From contig DAIDHM010000123.1 in the NCBI GenBank assembly GCA_027459705.1, positions 2,538 through 66,537 on the forward strand: a stretch of 64,000 nucleotides of DNA. The letters run 5' to 3'. Within the stretch, counting starts at the first letter, position 1. The number at the start of each line of letters is the position of its first letter. The notes under the pieces are model-generated. The model saw only the letters and a program-made list of their open reading frames with translations, was not told the DNA's origin and searched no databases. A program made the position numbers and the translations under genes. Positions 63,124 through 64,000 of the stretch are shown in pieces. The stretch comes from Ktedonobacteria bacterium (lineage in GTDB: Bacteria; Chloroflexota; Ktedonobacteria; Ktedonobacterales; JACDGC01).

Positions 63124-64000
63124 ATGACCATCGACCAAGTTACCACGCCCCCGCCGCCACTCGTGCGCGGACTTCCCATCCTAGGCAGCGCACTCGATTT
63201 AAAAGATCGCATGATTCCTTTTCTCGTCGAGAAATACAAAGAGTACGGCCCGATCTTTCGGGTCCGAGCGTTGAATCAAGAATTGGTCATCATGGCCGGC
63301 TCAGAAGCCAATGCCTTCGTTACGCAGGCGGGCGCACCACTTTTCAGTTCCTATGAGGCCTGGACTGACTATGGCAAGGAATTTGACGCCGATCTTACCA
63401 TGCAGAACGTGGACGGGGGGAGACACGCGGCGCTACGCAAATTCTTCAAACCGGGCTATTCCGCCAATGCCTTGATGGCCGATATCCCGTTACTGGTCGA
63501 TATTGCGCAGCAGATGATCGATCGGCTCACCGTTGGCGAAGAGATCGTCGTCCTCGACTTCGTTCGCCCCATTGTGACCGACCAATTAGGACGCGCCCTG
63601 GCATCATCTTCGCCAGCGGAGTACCTCGACGACATTATCACCGTCGTCCGGACATCTCTGAACACCCATGTAGTCAAACAATGGCCGAAATCGGCTTTGC
63701 GCAAACGGGCATATCAACACGCGAAAGCACGTTATCAGGAATTTGGCCGCAAGATTGTCGAACTCCATCGCACGAGCCAAAGATCGCGGTCTGATCTCAT
63801 CGATCTTACGATTGCCGCGACCAAGCAACCAGAACTCCAATTTGCCTTTGAGACAGAGGCGCAACTTATCCAGATGACCCTCGCACCATTTGTCGCTGGC
63901 CTGGACACAGCGTCCAACGAGTGTACCTTCGCGCTGTACGCGTTATTGCGGCACCCAGCGATCCTAGAGCAGTGTGTGCAAGAAGCGGATCGCCTCTTCG
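63124..64000 (+). CDS. Cytochrome P450, N-terminal ~292 codons (3' end outside window)
   Basis: Not in the ORF track because there is no stop before the window end. AAGGAG SD lies before ATG 63124. Frame open to 64000. I-helix motif FVAGLDTASNE. Confidence 0.8.
   Translation, partial: MTIDQVTTPPPPLVRGLPILGSALDLKDRMIPFLVEKYKEYGPIFRVRALNQELVIMAGSEANAFVTQAGAPLFSSYEAWTDYGKEFDADLTMQNVDGGRHAALRKFFKPGYSANALMADIPLLVDIAQQMIDRLTVGEEIVVLDFVRPIVTDQLGRALASSSPAEYLDDIITVVRTSLNTHVVKQWPKSALRKRAYQHAKARYQEFGRKIVELHRTSQRSRSDLIDLTIAATKQPELQFAFETEAQLIQMTLAPFVAGLDTASNECTFALYALLRHPAILEQCVQEADRLF

Noticed and set aside
1-64000. Scan for CRISPR arrays, IS elements or transposases, integrases, prophage genes, and known defence or toxin-antitoxin hallmarks.
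   Set aside because: I noticed no regularly spaced direct repeats. No ORF has transposase (DDE), recombinase, reverse-transcriptase, or nuclease/helicase defence signatures. The only repeats seen are short coding low-complexity tracts (GPTATSV repeats around 31230-31300, the Pro/Thr tail at 19330-19486 and poly-Asp at 45986-46012).

Overview
GC-rich bacterial chromosomal segment with about 57 protein-coding genes on both strands. I saw no rRNA or tRNA genes, CRISPR array, transposase, integrase or phage genes. I also saw no recognisable defence or toxin-antitoxin hallmark genes. The protein content includes two Hanks-type kinases, Pro/Thr-rich linkers, DUF4190/DUF4870-like membrane proteins, a LonC-type protease and a long cytochrome b. 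This suggests a Chloroflexota (Ktedonobacteria-like) or related Terrabacteria genome, but that is inference only.

Gene content in order:
- a marR / ABC-2 exporter operon, and mtaB
- two orphan peptide-ABC permeases, with a family-5 binding protein 6 kb away
- hppD-hmgA (tyrosine catabolism)
- an S41 protease coupled to a CDP-alcohol phosphatidyltransferase
- an M50-like / HD / scpA operon
- manA, csoR, trxA, an acyl-ACP-desaturase-like gene and an msmX-like ATPase
- tilS-prmC, a membrane Ser/Thr kinase and an enoyl-CoA hydratase
- a small-ORF locus followed by a membrane protein / ABC / ABC-2 / RibD_C operon
- ppa, an atypical cytochrome b and two MFS transporters
- a THUMP methyltransferase and a DmpA-family peptidase
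- a soluble Ser/Thr kinase followed by two thymidylate-kinase-like genes
- a SprT-like metalloprotease and a pentapeptide-repeat protein
- an ArsP/UPF0718-like permease, LonC, an M20 peptidase, a rhodanese, a SufU-like scaffold and MscS
- a response regulator / histidine kinase / P450 unit

No cluster matches a described mobile or defence system.

Most interesting candidates for undescribed biology:
1. the kinase plus tandem Tmk-like operon (47220-49732), together with the adjacent divergent SprT-like / pentapeptide pair
2. an M50 homolog with a destroyed HExxH motif, translationally coupled to an HD protein and ScpA
3. a partner-less cytochrome b with a roughly 200-aa inserted soluble domain and a coupled micro-ORF
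4. a low-GC small-ORF locus with a near-consensus promoter and a long leader, upstream of an ABC-2 / RibD_C operon
5. a CsoR-type operator sitting on the trxA promoter

All functional calls come from reading motifs in the supplied translations. No database search was run.
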